Assembly (NCBI GenBank): GCA_004764695.1
Contig: SMSO01000034.1
Coordinates: 372,001 to 436,000, forward strand
Reading direction: 5' to 3'
Source of the DNA: Schizochytrium sp. TIO01
Taxonomy: Eukaryota > Protista > Bigyra: Labyrinthulomycetes
Length of the DNA: 64,000 nucleotides
The position numbers and the translations under genes were made by a program. Of the stretch, positions 33,136-45,236 are shown in pieces; position 1 is the first letter of the stretch, and every line of letters begins with the position of its first letter. The notes beneath the pieces are model-generated. The model worked only from the letters and a program-made list of their open reading frames with translations, had not been told where the DNA came from and did no database searches.

Positions 33136-34542
33136 ATGGCTGAAGTGTCTTGGGCGCTGCTGATTGCAATCTTTGCGGTCGTGGTGCTAATTTCGCAAAA
33201 TTTAGTTGAGGCGAAACGAGCTCCTCGAAAGGAGGTTGACTTGGCTCGTGCGTATGGGTACACAGAGCGGGAGATTTCAAAGCTTAAAGCTGGCCAGGTC
33301 ATGCCTCCTTCGGGATGTTCTGATCCCAAGAATGACGACTTCTTTGCGAGATTTAGAAATTACGATGAGTTGGAGAAGTTCATTCGTAACCGATTGTGTC
33401 AGTTGCGCAAAGAAATTGGCTCTATTGGGTCGGTTTGTGAGGTGGTAGAGATCGGATTTAGTGTCGAGGGAAGGCCAATTTTGGCTGTGGAAATTCGTAA
33501 CCCTGAGGCTTTAGAAGAAGCCAAAGCCTCTGGAAGAACCAAGAAGAAAGAGCGTGCAGTGTTAATCACAGGTTCGTTACATGCACGTGAATGGACCAGC
33601 ACGACGTCCGTGCTGATCTCTATTATCAGGGCTGATGTTACTGATGTGAGTGTATTTTCCATCCCAGTGATTAATCCAGACGGCTACGTATATACTTGGT
33701 CAGGGGAAAAGCAAATAAAAAAGAAGTGGACCAAAAGCGGAATTCAAGAAGATGAAGTTGAAGCACGGTATTGGCGCAAGAACCGTCGCGTGAACCCGGA
33801 CCTTACGCTTGGCGTTGATCTCAATCGTAACTTCGGTTCTTCACCGGCCATTTGGGGTACAGATAAAAAGAGTAAATCTATCAATCTTACAGAGAGCGAT
33901 ATTTACCAAGGCACAGGTGGGTTTTCTGAGCCAGAAACTCGGGCGCTTCGCGACTATCACAAGAAACACAAAAAGAAGATCATTGCGTTTTTTGACGTTC
34001 ATTGCTGTATTGGTGCAATTCTTGAGCCTTTTTCGCGAGCTGGCAAGGCTCCTGACTATGTTTTTGATACTGGTCAAGTCATCATTGATGCAATCAACAC
34101 AAAAACCCCTGCAGACGGAAGATACGAGTGGCGTCCTCGCCCAGCATCTTCAGCCTCGGGATCAGGCATTTCGAGTTCGTGGGCATTTCAAGAAGCAAAA
34201 ATTCCATTTACGTATGTCGTAGAGCTTCGAGGCAAGTTCGTGGAGAAATGCTCCGAAATCAAACCTATCGGCAACGAAATTCTGCATGGCTTCCGTGCTC
34301 TTCTGAAAGAGCTTTCAAATGCTGAAGCACTGATGTCTGGGATTAAAGCGTCCAAACTTGAGGGCGGGGATGAAAAATCCCAGTTACAAGATGTTAGTGG
34401 AATTAAACCTTCAGAGTCAGCAGATTCTTCTTTTGGGCAAAAAAGCGAGTCGTCCCATAGTAGCGTTTATATTCTTGCCGGTCTCCTTGTTCTAGGTCTC
34501 GGTGGTTATGTTGCAAAGAATAAGACTGAAAAACTCGTGTAG
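33136..34542 (+). CDS. Zinc carboxypeptidase M14 with signal peptide and C-terminal TM anchor
   Basis: SVEGRPI, HAREW, NPDGY, WRKNR, GVDLNRNF, SEPET, DVH, VVELR; ATG 33136 followed by hydrophobic signal; hydrophobic C-terminus. Confidence 0.94.
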   Translation: MAEVSWALLIAIFAVVVLISQNLVEAKRAPRKEVDLARAYGYTEREISKLKAGQVMPPSGCSDPKNDDFFARFRNYDELEKFIRNRLCQLRKEIGSIGSVCEVVEIGFSVEGRPILAVEIRNPEALEEAKASGRTKKKERAVLITGSLHAREWTSTTSVLISIIRADVTDVSVFSIPVINPDGYVYTWSGEKQIKKKWTKSGIQEDEVEARYWRKNRRVNPDLTLGVDLNRNFGSSPAIWGTDKKSKSINLTESDIYQGTGGFSEPETRALRDYHKKHKKKIIAFFDVHCCIGAILEPFSRAGKAPDYVFDTGQVIIDAINTKTPADGRYEWRPRPASSASGSGISSSWAFQEAKIPFTYVVELRGKFVEKCSEIKPIGNEILHGFRALLKELSNAEALMSGIKASKLEGGDEKSQLQDVSGIKPSESADSSFGQKSESSHSSVYILAGLLVLGLGGYVAKNKTEKLV

Positions 34543-36247
34543 AACTTCAAAAACAAATCGAATTGTCGTTATTTTAATTTGCATGTTGACTTCTTTTCAT
34601 CCAAAAACGGCTGTCTGTCTCAGAAGAACTCGTACTAGATGAAGCCATTAGTCGTTTTTGTCTCTCTGGTACCTATGTTCCTTTAATGTTTTGATTCTAA
34701 CAAAACGTAAAAAGTACATTACATGTATATGCTTTAAAAACGACTACAAGCGTCTCTCAAACGAAATATCTCTGGAGTTTATTGCTTCGTAACATTGCAG
34801 AATTAAAAGTGACCATAAACATGTTGATATGGATATCCTGTCCTACTATATATTATTATCAGTAGAGACTTCCTTTTCCGAATGAGAGGTTCTAGTCATC
34901 ACATCTATTTGGTAGTTTTCTTGCAACAGACAGAGCTTTTTCATCTATTTTGTTCTTCAATATCCTACGACTGTCAGGTTTTGGGGAATTGACTTTTCAG
35001 TTCGAAATTCGCATCTTATAAGAATTCTAAAAACTTAGCCTATTTTAGAAGGATTTTGCATACTGTGAAATTCTACGATAGTGGTAGTTATTCGAGGGAA
35101 GCCTTTAGGCTACCCCTGGTTCGCCGTAATGTTCACGGTAAAAGCGTTAATTACTCCTTCGAGGTGGTTGAGAGTATTTCCCACTCTTCATCTAGGTGAA
35201 AGGAATTAAATGACATGTGCAGGAAATAAGATTGCCTCGAGCATCTTTAAGAAACTAAGCCACATCAGTCAGTCACACTGGCAAGATTATGTACTACTCT
35301 TTTATTATATTTACTGTTTATTTGTTCTTCACTTTATATATTTCTTTAATGCTAATATTGGAATCTCAGTACCTTAAATTTATTTTTTAAAAAAACACGC
35401 TTCGGTATTTGTAAAAAGATATAACAAAGACGTCGTAGTTACGTGAACATAGGTTTGAAACTCAAAATCTTCTACTAGCATTGTCTCTAATTTGAAATAA
35501 ACTACACAACACTATTTTAAAGTCTTGAAATAGAGTCTTGGATCAATAACAAACTAAATGCAAAGAAGGTCTTTCAACTTTGTTACCAAGAACATATGAT
35601 AAGGATGCTCGCAGAAAGCCTTATCAGCAGAGTATGCGGCAGAAAACAAATTTTAAAATTTAATTTATATTCCACCAACCAAAACCCGCAACACGGTATA
35701 CTACAACAAACTACATCTTGCAGTTAAAATCTAAACAAGAACGACGGCATGTTTCGTCATTGTCGATGGAATAGTACGATGCAATTTTTTACACTTCGCC
35801 TTTTATCATAATGCTGCAAACACTGTGACTGGGTTCCATCTTTCAGAAGCAGATAATTTACCCTCTTACATTATAAGTTAGCTTACTTCTGAAATAGATC
35901 AGTAACTACAACGTTGCGTTATTAGATCATGTTCTTCATCGAGCTTTTCATCGCTTTGAATAAGTTTAATTGCTGAAAGTTAAACCCTGATCATCCAGAG
36001 CTTGACTGGGAAGATGCAAGCAAGGATCTTGGAATGCATGATATCACTTCGAGAAGAACTTGATACTCAAGCTCATAGCATTCTAACCTGGCGATGAACA
36101 TCTAGCCTCACACTCTAATTAGGGGAGCACAACAGACTTGATCTTACTGCAAAGGACTCACTTCATTAGGATAGCATGCTTCGTCACCCACTAATCCTAG
36201 TTTGTCCTTTCATTTAAATGAAAGGCTACATTCTGCACGTTCCCATA

Positions 36248-36979
36248 CTATTTATCGTAGCTGAAGTCATCTTCTACAACTCTTGCAATTGGCAATTCAC
36301 CTTGAAATGGAACAACAGTGGCCGACGGGGCTGTTCCAGATAGTGTTGCGGGGTCGAGGTTGTTGACAGCGCACATTGCATTCAGAAGTGCACTCAAAAA
36401 TCCGTATGTACGTCTGAGTTTGTATTGCCCAAAAACCATGTTCCACCTAGGTTTCTTTTCGCGAGCAAAAATGTCTTCAGGCATACTATTGTCTTTTATG
36501 ATGAACACCCTGTGTTGAACTAGATCATCGACGGTGTAAGAGAAGACTTTTTCGCTCGGTTTGGCATTAGGGGTTTCCACTATATATTGAAATACAGTAA
36601 CTACTGTTTCGCTAACTACAGCAAATCCGATAGGGTCTTTGACAGACTTAACCTGTTTACTACTCGAAGTTCTAGTATCTCTTTGAACAATGTAAGTATC
36701 TTCAGGTGAATTGTACGGCGGGTAACCGAAGAGCTCAGGATTCATGTAAACTTTGGTACCCTGCACCGCACAGGTCTGGGCATAAGCATTTGCTTTGGCT
36801 TGCATGTCAACCCTTCGCCTGTTTTCCGTATGCCGCTGGCAGTAGAAACAAATAAGAACAAATAGAATCACGCCTTGAAGTACACCTACAACTATAGGGA
36901 CAGTTGGAATTAAATCCTGCAGGTATCGTCTTTCGGCTACTGCATATACAGAGCCTCTGAGGTGAGGACTTGTATCCAT
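36248..36979 (-). CDS. Single-pass membrane protein of unknown family, paralog A
   Basis: TM IVVGVLQGVILFVLICFYC; collinear similarity to 41764-42504 supports real coding status. Confidence 0.85.
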   Translation of the reverse strand: MDTSPHLRGSVYAVAERRYLQDLIPTVPIVVGVLQGVILFVLICFYCQRHTENRRRVDMQAKANAYAQTCAVQGTKVYMNPELFGYPPYNSPEDTYIVQRDTRTSSSKQVKSVKDPIGFAVVSETVVTVFQYIVETPNAKPSEKVFSYTVDDLVQHRVFIIKDNSMPEDIFAREKKPRWNMVFGQYKLRRTYGFLSALLNAMCAVNNLDPATLSGTAPSATVVPFQGELPIARVVEDDFSYDK

Positions 36980-39900
36980 AGAGAATGAATTTGACTCAGA
37001 TTTTCCTTGGTATTCGCTCTTGGTTGAATTGAGATTTGGGTTTGCCGGGATGCCCTACAGTTTGCGCTGATCTTTTGTTGCTTCTTTGAAGAGCTAAATT
37101 AAAAAAGTGTAGAACAGAGGTTTTGTACTATACCCTTATCCTACGACATACTTAGTTTTTCTCATAATTTTGTACTGATTTCCTTTAATTAAAATATTTT
37201 AAATTTTAAATTTAATACATATACATATACAACACGATTGCAAGAATATTGATTTGAAGTAGAAAGCGTCATACTTGAATGGAATACAAACCTAGTATAG
37301 GCTACATGTATTCTTGCGAACAGCTAACATCAGATCTATCAAGAAATTTCAAAAGGTAGGAAGAGCGAACTGGCTGCTTGGTGAGTATAGAGACTAGTCA
37401 GGCCAGGGATAACAAGTTAAAATATTTTAGCTTGGGTAAAAACTCAAGCTAAAACGGTCACTCATACGTGCTCATCTAATTAGCACTAGTTAGTTAATGT
37501 TTATCTACGAAGACCATATGGACTATCTGTAAATACACCCTCGAGCATGCACAAGCCATCTACTCAAGAGAAGGTACTTGACTTCATGCATATGCGACTT
37601 CCTCTTTTGCAACAAGTTTTCATTCTCAGAAGGTGCAACTCGCACTGCCATTGGGGTGTGCGTGTGTCACTTCGGGTCCTGCGGACTATCAAGATCGCAG
37701 CTACCGGCCTACTGAAATTGCGCACCAATCGCACTAGGATGGTACGCAAAGTGCATACTATAATAATTATTCCAGCTCGGATTCATAATTCTTGGTACAC
37801 GCGCGAGGATTGGTTAAGTGTGATAAAGTTAAAGCAGCGACTCAGAGATTATTATTATTATTATTATTTATTTTATTTTTAATAATAATGATTTCTTTAT
37901 TTGAAATGCATTTACTGCTATATGGTAGAGTTTTAATTTTAAAATAGAATAAAATAAATATACATTCTGAAAAAAACTTCTTAGAGTTTTTTGTTGTTTT
38001 TTTTAAATAAATACGATCTAGCATAAAGTTTTAAAGTAGGAAAATCATACCTACGTAGTACTACTTTATTTCCAAATTCTTCTTTATATTTTACTAAGTT
38101 TTTTTTCTAGTTTTTTTTTTTTTTTTTTTAAATAAGAATTCAACTGTGTCTTACTACAACTAAGCACTGCGAAACCAAAAAAAAAAATCTTCTCTTTTCA
38201 AGATTTAACTGTACACAGCTACCAGTAGTCAGTTGCTGTAATTTATCTTACTTTATACCACCACTCGCATCCACCAGTCAGAGGGTAGTCCTTTAGACAT
38301 ACATATTAACTTGGCCCCAAATCAAAGCCATAACAAGCATCTACTGCTGTTGCTGTTTCCTAACTTAAATTGCTCATAAAAATTAAGATTCAAGTTTCCA
38401 GCTTCCAGTTTCTTCATTACCAAAAGTTGCCTAGAAGTATCGATACGAGTCAACTACCCTTCTCTCAACATCTGTACTATTTCACACTTAAGACTTGAAG
38501 TTCCGCAATTCGCAATATACATCACAGAAGCTTACCTCATTAAAATAGCTAAAGGTAATTCTTTTTATTACGAACACGTGTTATCAAGAATTTAACATCC
38601 CTCTTTCGTGAGCTGTTGCCTCCCTCCTATACTTGTAGTTCTTTTTAAAATCATGCTCATTTCAGGTTTAAAAGTTGCATAAGTAGTAGCATACAGACTT
38701 TATTCTCCTTCATTACATTCCACAAGTCCGATGAAGACCTCTACAGATGTGTGGTTAGATTCAGGAGAGTGATAGAGGGATTTGGCTTCCCACCAGGATT
38801 GAGTGATTGTTTTGACTGGAGTTTTTAACCCAAGTTAAAAAGTTTTAACTCAGTACCTCTAACTAGTGCGAGTGGTTTCCCCAGTAGGGTGACTGTAGAT
38901 GTTTATTTCCTAACTAAAATCACTTATGCTAGAGGTAGTAGAGTGTGCGCTTTCACCAGTTAGAGACTTTTTTCATAAACTTCCAATTGGTAGTGGACAA
39001 ATGCATGAATATTCTACTTGAGTTTCTTCCGAAGTCTCCTATATAAGAGGTGAACGAACAATCGAAACCAGCTAGGCTTTAGTCTAACTTGAAATGGCGG
39101 TGTGAGGCTACACTTGCATTTATAGAATGGTGGAAGTGCCGAGACCCCCGAAAGGTTTCCGGAAAATGATTTATTCTTCACGCTCATTTTGCTCGACAGT
39201 GTATGGCGGTCTGCTTGCGAGATGGATATACTTTGACATATTTTAGTGTAATTTTTATTTTCGTACTTCACAAGAATGGGGAACGAATGCTCATTGGACG
39301 ATCCCTTTCGATTCCTATTATATTATATATTTCTATATTTGAATATAAACAATTCTAAAATTGGAAATGAGCTCATATTGAATCTCCATTGCACTATCAA
39401 CATCTATTACAGCTTGGGTAAAGCCTTAACCCAAAACAGTCACTCGTTCTCTCCACAGTACTAAGTCTTTTTAAAGTGACCTAGGACATATAATTTGAAG
39501 CATATAATTTGAAGCATCTATAGTCAAGTATTCCTTTTTTAGAAATTTTTTGAGGCTGCCACTACGTTCCTTATCCAGGGCTCATGATTTCATTTCCTGT
39601 TTCAGATTACTCCATCTGGTATAGTAATCCCTCTTTCTGCACATGGACACACGAACCAAATGCACACATATTCTCCTTAGTATCTCTAAGCAGTGCAGGA
39701 GCAGGAATGTACGAGGTCTTTTATGTGGGTACGCGCAATTTTAATTCATTACGAACAGCAAGAAGCCCTCGGTAAACTAAATCTTGTCTACCTGCGTAGC
39801 ATGTAGTCAGGCAATTACAGTGGAGAGCATAATAGAGTTTTCCAGGTATTGAATCAGAAAATTCCATTGCTAATGCTTCCTTCATCTATCACGCCATTGC

Positions 39901-41763
39901 TATGAATCGTGCTGGTGCGCACTCTCAGCAGTGTTGCGGAACAGGCCCCTCCCCAAAGAAGAACCAAAATTAATTTAGAAACAAACGTGGACTTTCATTA
40001 ACATTTTTTTTTTTTTCAAAGAGGGTGGGAATTCTTCTACTTCTTTTCTATTTAGTCTATATTCTATTTGCAACTTGTCACTTTAAAATAAAACAAATTG
40101 TATAAAGGAACAAATGTCTATTATTCAGGGACAGGATATGGTTTTTCTCATTCACTAAACAAATGATCATCCTGAAATAATCACAAATAATGTTACAGAT
40201 GAAACTTAAATATCTGATACGCTCTGTCTCGACGAGAGAAGCTTTGTGCCCAAATCCAACATCGATAGGAGTAGAATCTGGCTAACGCAAATGCGGCATC
40301 GCATTCAAACTGAAGAAGTCCATGATGTCATCACAATCTTCAAAGTATGTTCGGGCTACGGTAACAATGTGCTTGGAACTTTGCAGTTCTGAAGCAACTT
40401 TGGAAGCATGCTCGTGCTGGAAAACTGAAACGCTCATACGCTTATGCACAAGCAGGACATAACCAGTAGTAGAAGCGCGATACCGAAATCCTCAGTGCAA
40501 TCGAGCGGATAGGAAGTCAATCTTTCAGATTACATGAATCAAATTAAGAAGAAGCGCCCGGTCTGTCTATATGTACAAGTAGTCGTTTTCTCTGCAGACG
40601 ATGCTACCTCGCGTTTACTGTGCCAGCTAAATAAAAACTGAAGGAAGGCGCGCACAGATGTGCACGCGCTGGTTTCGAAGGCGCGTGCGGCAAAATCAGG
40701 TTCCTTGCTTTGCATTGTAGAGCAAAGTAAATACAATACATTCATGATGAAGAAGCCTACTTGCCCAGGAGTCTATTGCAGTCGAGAGAGAAAACAGAGT
40801 CGCGAACTACTGAGAGTTAAGACGTGCGAAATATAAATATACTTGCTCTGGATGCAGCGCGCTCTTGATGGACTAGTGAGCTCTCACAAATCAGAGGTTC
40901 TTCCTTCGAATCCTTTTACATGAGTAGAAACTTGAGCAACCAACTGGGCATTATTGCGAAGAATGGTCGATATTAGAGAAATTAGTAAATGGGAGGAGTA
41001 TCTTAGTAACGCTAGTACCTATTTCCTGTAGAAAGCATGAAAGCTTGATGATTTCAAAACTAATTGTAGCAAATCTAAAACTCCAGCGACATGAGTTGAT
41101 TATCTCTAAGAAAATATGTGCTGCTTCCGTACACTATGGATTCAAGTCGTCAGCTTCGAGGCGAAGAATATGCAGTGGTGGCAAGACGATCTCTCTTCGG
41201 CCAGCGGTATTTCTTACTAATAGGTTTAATAGGTATTCTAGTACTATCTGAGTTCTTTATCATGGTTGTTTGCTGAAGTAAGCGATTATTGCTGTTTCTC
41301 ACTCTTTCTATTTCCTTTTTGTCTTTCAAAATTACACTTTTGCATATTATGCTGTGTTAGGACCAGTCAGAAAAGTGAAGTGTAGAAATGCACAGTTTCT
41401 GTCGTCCCTGTTCAAGTTTTAAATAATAGTATTTCTAGTAGGTAACGAAAGTTTTTTGGTAAATATGGTAAGCTTAGGGACAAGGGCGTCGGCGAAATCG
41501 TCAAAGAGAAACACTGCCCGAAAGTGGAGTCTCATCCATGCCAAAGTTCAAAGTTCATTTTTTATATCAGCCAGCTTCTTTACAAATCTTAGTATCTATG
41601 TCCTAATATTTTATTTAAATGAACGTTCTCGTAGGAGGGAACTCCTCAAAGTCTTTTGCCTGGGAGAAAATGCAAGCAAAACAACTACTCATTACAAAAA
41701 TACAAGAAAGCTGCATTAATCCTTTATGAATCCCAACGGAAAGAGAGACTATCTTCAGACGTG

Positions 41764-42504
41764 ATGAATGCAGCTCGTGGTCTCTGGGACTCTGAATATA
41801 CCCACAGAGAACTTCAGCTTGGAGATAGTAGCGACCCGTGGCAATGGGTGCTTTTGGGAGGATGCATTGCGTTTATTATCTGGTGCCTCTGCTGGACAGA
41901 ATACATTCGTAGATATTGTGAACAATCAGAAAAAAGAAAGAAAGTTCTAGCCCAAGACAGAGCACGTGCATATGCTCAAATCTGCGAGATCGAGGGTACG
42001 AAAGTCTACATGAATCCTGAATTGTTTGGCTATCCACCGCACGATACATCTAAGGATACGTATACTACTGTTAATGAAGAGAGTGGTACTAACTCCCCCG
42101 TGACTAACCTGATGACTATCAATGACCCTTTTGGGTTTGCTGTAGTAAGTGAAAATTTGGTCACCATTCTTGAATTTAGACCACACAAGTCAGACGCTGG
42201 AGTGATCAAATCCGAATTTTCATACAATGCTGATGATTTGCTTCAACATAGAGTTTTCATTAAGAAGGATATCGAAGCTGTAGTTTTCAACGACCCGCAG
42301 CGTGCTTGGGTCATGCTTATCGGTTTACAAGAGATTAGATTTTCATATGGATTTTTAAATTCACTCTTGAATTCAATGTGTTTTGCTAACAACATTGACC
42401 CCAGCACAGTGTCTAATGTGACTTCATTGGCCACTGTTATTCCATTTCGAGGTGAAACTCCGGTAGCAAGTTTGGTAAAGGATAACTGTGCTTATGATGA
42501 GTAG
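41764..42504 (+). CDS. Single-pass membrane protein of unknown family, paralog B
   Basis: TM WVLLGGCIAFIIWCLCW; shares GTKVYMNPELFGYPP, DPxGFAVVSE, DDLxQHRVFI, YGFLxxLLNxMC and PFxGExP with paralog A. Start at ATG 41764 is inferred. Confidence 0.85.
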   Translation: MNAARGLWDSEYTHRELQLGDSSDPWQWVLLGGCIAFIIWCLCWTEYIRRYCEQSEKRKKVLAQDRARAYAQICEIEGTKVYMNPELFGYPPHDTSKDTYTTVNEESGTNSPVTNLMTINDPFGFAVVSENLVTILEFRPHKSDAGVIKSEFSYNADDLLQHRVFIKKDIEAVVFNDPQRAWVMLIGLQEIRFSYGFLNSLLNSMCFANNIDPSTVSNVTSLATVIPFRGETPVASLVKDNCAYDE

Positions 42505-43358
42505 ACCGAAAGTGCATAATGCGTTACCTCGTCTAAAGCATCAAACCTCTCTTGTATTCCTTCAATGAGCTCTCAATAAGAGTGCAGCAACTCATTGGGA
42601 GATCGCTGGGGCCTAGTTTCTCTTTCTTGGGAGTACATGTTTTTCTTTTGCTGTTTCGTTTTAATAATAGAAGAAAATTATTAGCATGCTCAAGCTTTAT
42701 CAGACATTTCTAATAAAATGGTGTTATACATCAACAATCATGCCAAGCAATACTTTTCTGGTATATTGCGTAGCTGTAGTTTATACTTTGAAACCATGCT
42801 GTCTTACTTTTCCATGTATGAGACGTGCATAGGAAATATGGTTATCTTCACGATCACATCACAAGTGAAGAAATGCGGATGCACAACACTAAACCTAGAG
42901 AGTACCCTGCCAGTTGTTCTTGCTCTAGGTTGGAAAAGATTTAATTTGTTACAGCATCTTGGTATACTAATCACCAACATCATTTTATACGGTCGCAAAA
43001 TTTGATGCAGCTGATGCAGTTGTTAGTGCGTCCTTCTGATCCTGCCGACTTCAGCATTAAGTGAGTTTTGTTTCGATATAGGATGTGTTGAATTCTATCT
43101 GACGACGCAGAATGGCGACGGCGGGAAACCAATTTGGTTCAAAATATTGAACTCTATATAGACACCGACTAATGCAGGTAAACATACCTTTTCTCTATTA
43201 CCTCAGTCGCTAATCGCCCCAGATCATTCTACACGTCAATCATCATGTTTTGCTCCTTTTATTTTTTCTAAAAAAACCGGCCAAAAACAAAAACAAAATA
43301 TTCTCGCACAAATAAAGTCAATTTAGCCGTGGAAGCGTCGAATTACTTTTACGCCGCC

Positions 43359-44099
43359 ATGGCACTCCGCTCCGGTTCGTGCAGACTGTTAACCCTCGCT
43401 GGCTGGTCTACAGGTGCCCAGATTGGTGCCTGCAGAAACTTCTCAAGTTCGCTCCGCAGCCCCGGTACAACTAAGGCGGTGTTTCGAAAGTTGACTTTGG
43501 CACCTTCGCCGCCATCGATCTTAAGCTTCAGGCCGGAGGCTCGAAGTAGTGCAGCGCATACAAAGCGCGCAAAGATACCAGTCAAGTTCGCGCAGACAAG
43601 GTTGATGATGACAGATTCTTCGCGTGAAAGTGGTGGCTTCGAAGTGCAAAAGTCAGACGAGGACTGGCGCAAGGAGCTCAATCCTCAGGAGTTCCACGTG
43701 CTGAGGCAAAAAGGCACCGAGCGCGCTTTCACGGGTGAGTACGACAAGTTTTATCCAGAGGCAAAAGAAGGATATTTTGCATGCCGTGCATGCAAAAACC
43801 CACTTTACACTGCGTCAGCAAAGTTTAACTCAGGCTGTGGATGGCCTGCTTTTGATAAGTGTATCAAGGACTCCATTGTGGTTGAGGTTGATACTTCCCA
43901 TGGCATGAAGCGCGTAGAGATCATGTGCGGAAAGTGCGGCGGACACCTTGGTCACGTTTTCCATGGCGAAGGTCTAACGCCTACAAATGAGCGCCACTGC
44001 GTCAACTCGGTCTCCGTAAAGTACATCAAGGGCCCCCTGCCTGACGAGGCCGCTGAAGGCGAACCTGAAGAAGAGGTGCTCAAGGACAGCAAAATGTAA
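43359..44099 (+). CDS. msrB: Peptide methionine-R-sulfoxide reductase MsrB with organellar transit peptide
   Basis: W...L...F.VLR.KGTERAF.G.Y, CxxC x2, KF.SGCGWPAF, GHLGHVF, RHCVNS; Arg/Ser-rich N-terminal extension from ATG 43359. Confidence 0.96.
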   Translation: MALRSGSCRLLTLAGWSTGAQIGACRNFSSSLRSPGTTKAVFRKLTLAPSPPSILSFRPEARSSAAHTKRAKIPVKFAQTRLMMTDSSRESGGFEVQKSDEDWRKELNPQEFHVLRQKGTERAFTGEYDKFYPEAKEGYFACRACKNPLYTASAKFNSGCGWPAFDKCIKDSIVVEVDTSHGMKRVEIMCGKCGGHLGHVFHGEGLTPTNERHCVNSVSVKYIKGPLPDEAAEGEPEEEVLKDSKM

Positions 44100-45236
44100 A
44101 TTCCCATATTAACAATATAAAACAGCCAGCAAAGGTTTAACAACATACTGCGTTCCTTGATGTCAGCTTTCCAACAAAAGTTTGCATTTTACATAGCTTG
44201 ACAAATACTCCTTTTTGAGTAACTGTGCTTGAATTACATGATCAATAATAAAGCTAATAAGCATACTATGACAAGCCTAGAGATGCTGATTTGGCTGAGC
44301 CTTGAGATTAGTCTGATCATGAGTTCGCTCGCTGACTTATAAAAGCTTGGGGAAGTGACTACGCTTCAAGCTCTAGAGAAAATGAAATCGGTGGAGTAAA
44401 GTCCACTACTTCCTTTTTTTAAATTACAATATCTATATTTCACTTGCTACTAGGACCATCCAACAGATTCAAGCTAATTCATAAATGCGAGTCCTTGTGT
44501 CAAAGACAAGAAACCTACTTACAGTAGAGCTGCTCGCGTGACTTGATGAAAAATCTTGCCGCAAGGATCGGAAGAAATTCAACTATTTTCTAAGATTCAA
44601 CTAGGAAATACATGTCTGTGCAAGTCCAAAATAAATGTATACATACTTAGCCAATTGTCATAGTAAGACAGTCAAGCAAAAGCTGAACAGATGCATATTG
44701 AAAAAGAATCAGTGAAAGCAATAAGCCGGTGATTGAAGGGTTTAGGAATATTAGTCATCCAGTCATCCAAAACTGGAACAAAGAAAGCAGTCAATTCTAA
44801 AAAGATGTGTTTTTTATGGTGATTGATTGTAGTACGGCATGCAAAATGAGTATAATGTTTCCGACGATAACGCTTTTATCGACGTCGTGGTTGTCGAAAA
44901 TATTATTGTGATTATGGTGATGGTAGTCGTTTAGAGTCTAGATCGTGGCTAGCTGGATGGTTGGATAGATGGAAAATAGATGAAGGTACCTAAGGTGGGG
45001 TTCTCTTCCAGCGGGCTTAGGATAGTGTATGTATTAAGAAGAAGTCCAAAGGGACCTGGCTCACAGCAGATGAAGATGCAGACTGAAAGAAAGCAAGCGA
45101 GCAAGCGAACTTTGCTTCTGAGCAGAATAAAATGCATAAACCTGCGAATAAAACTATTCCATCGCTATTGGTTTCAAAGCCCTTTCCCCTTCTTCCCTAT
45201 TGGTTTTTCTTTATGTCAATTCGCTAGCCTAGTAGC

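Noticed and set aside
43359-44099. Selenoprotein MsrB
   Set aside because: Catalytic position is Cys (RHCVNS); no in-frame TGA.
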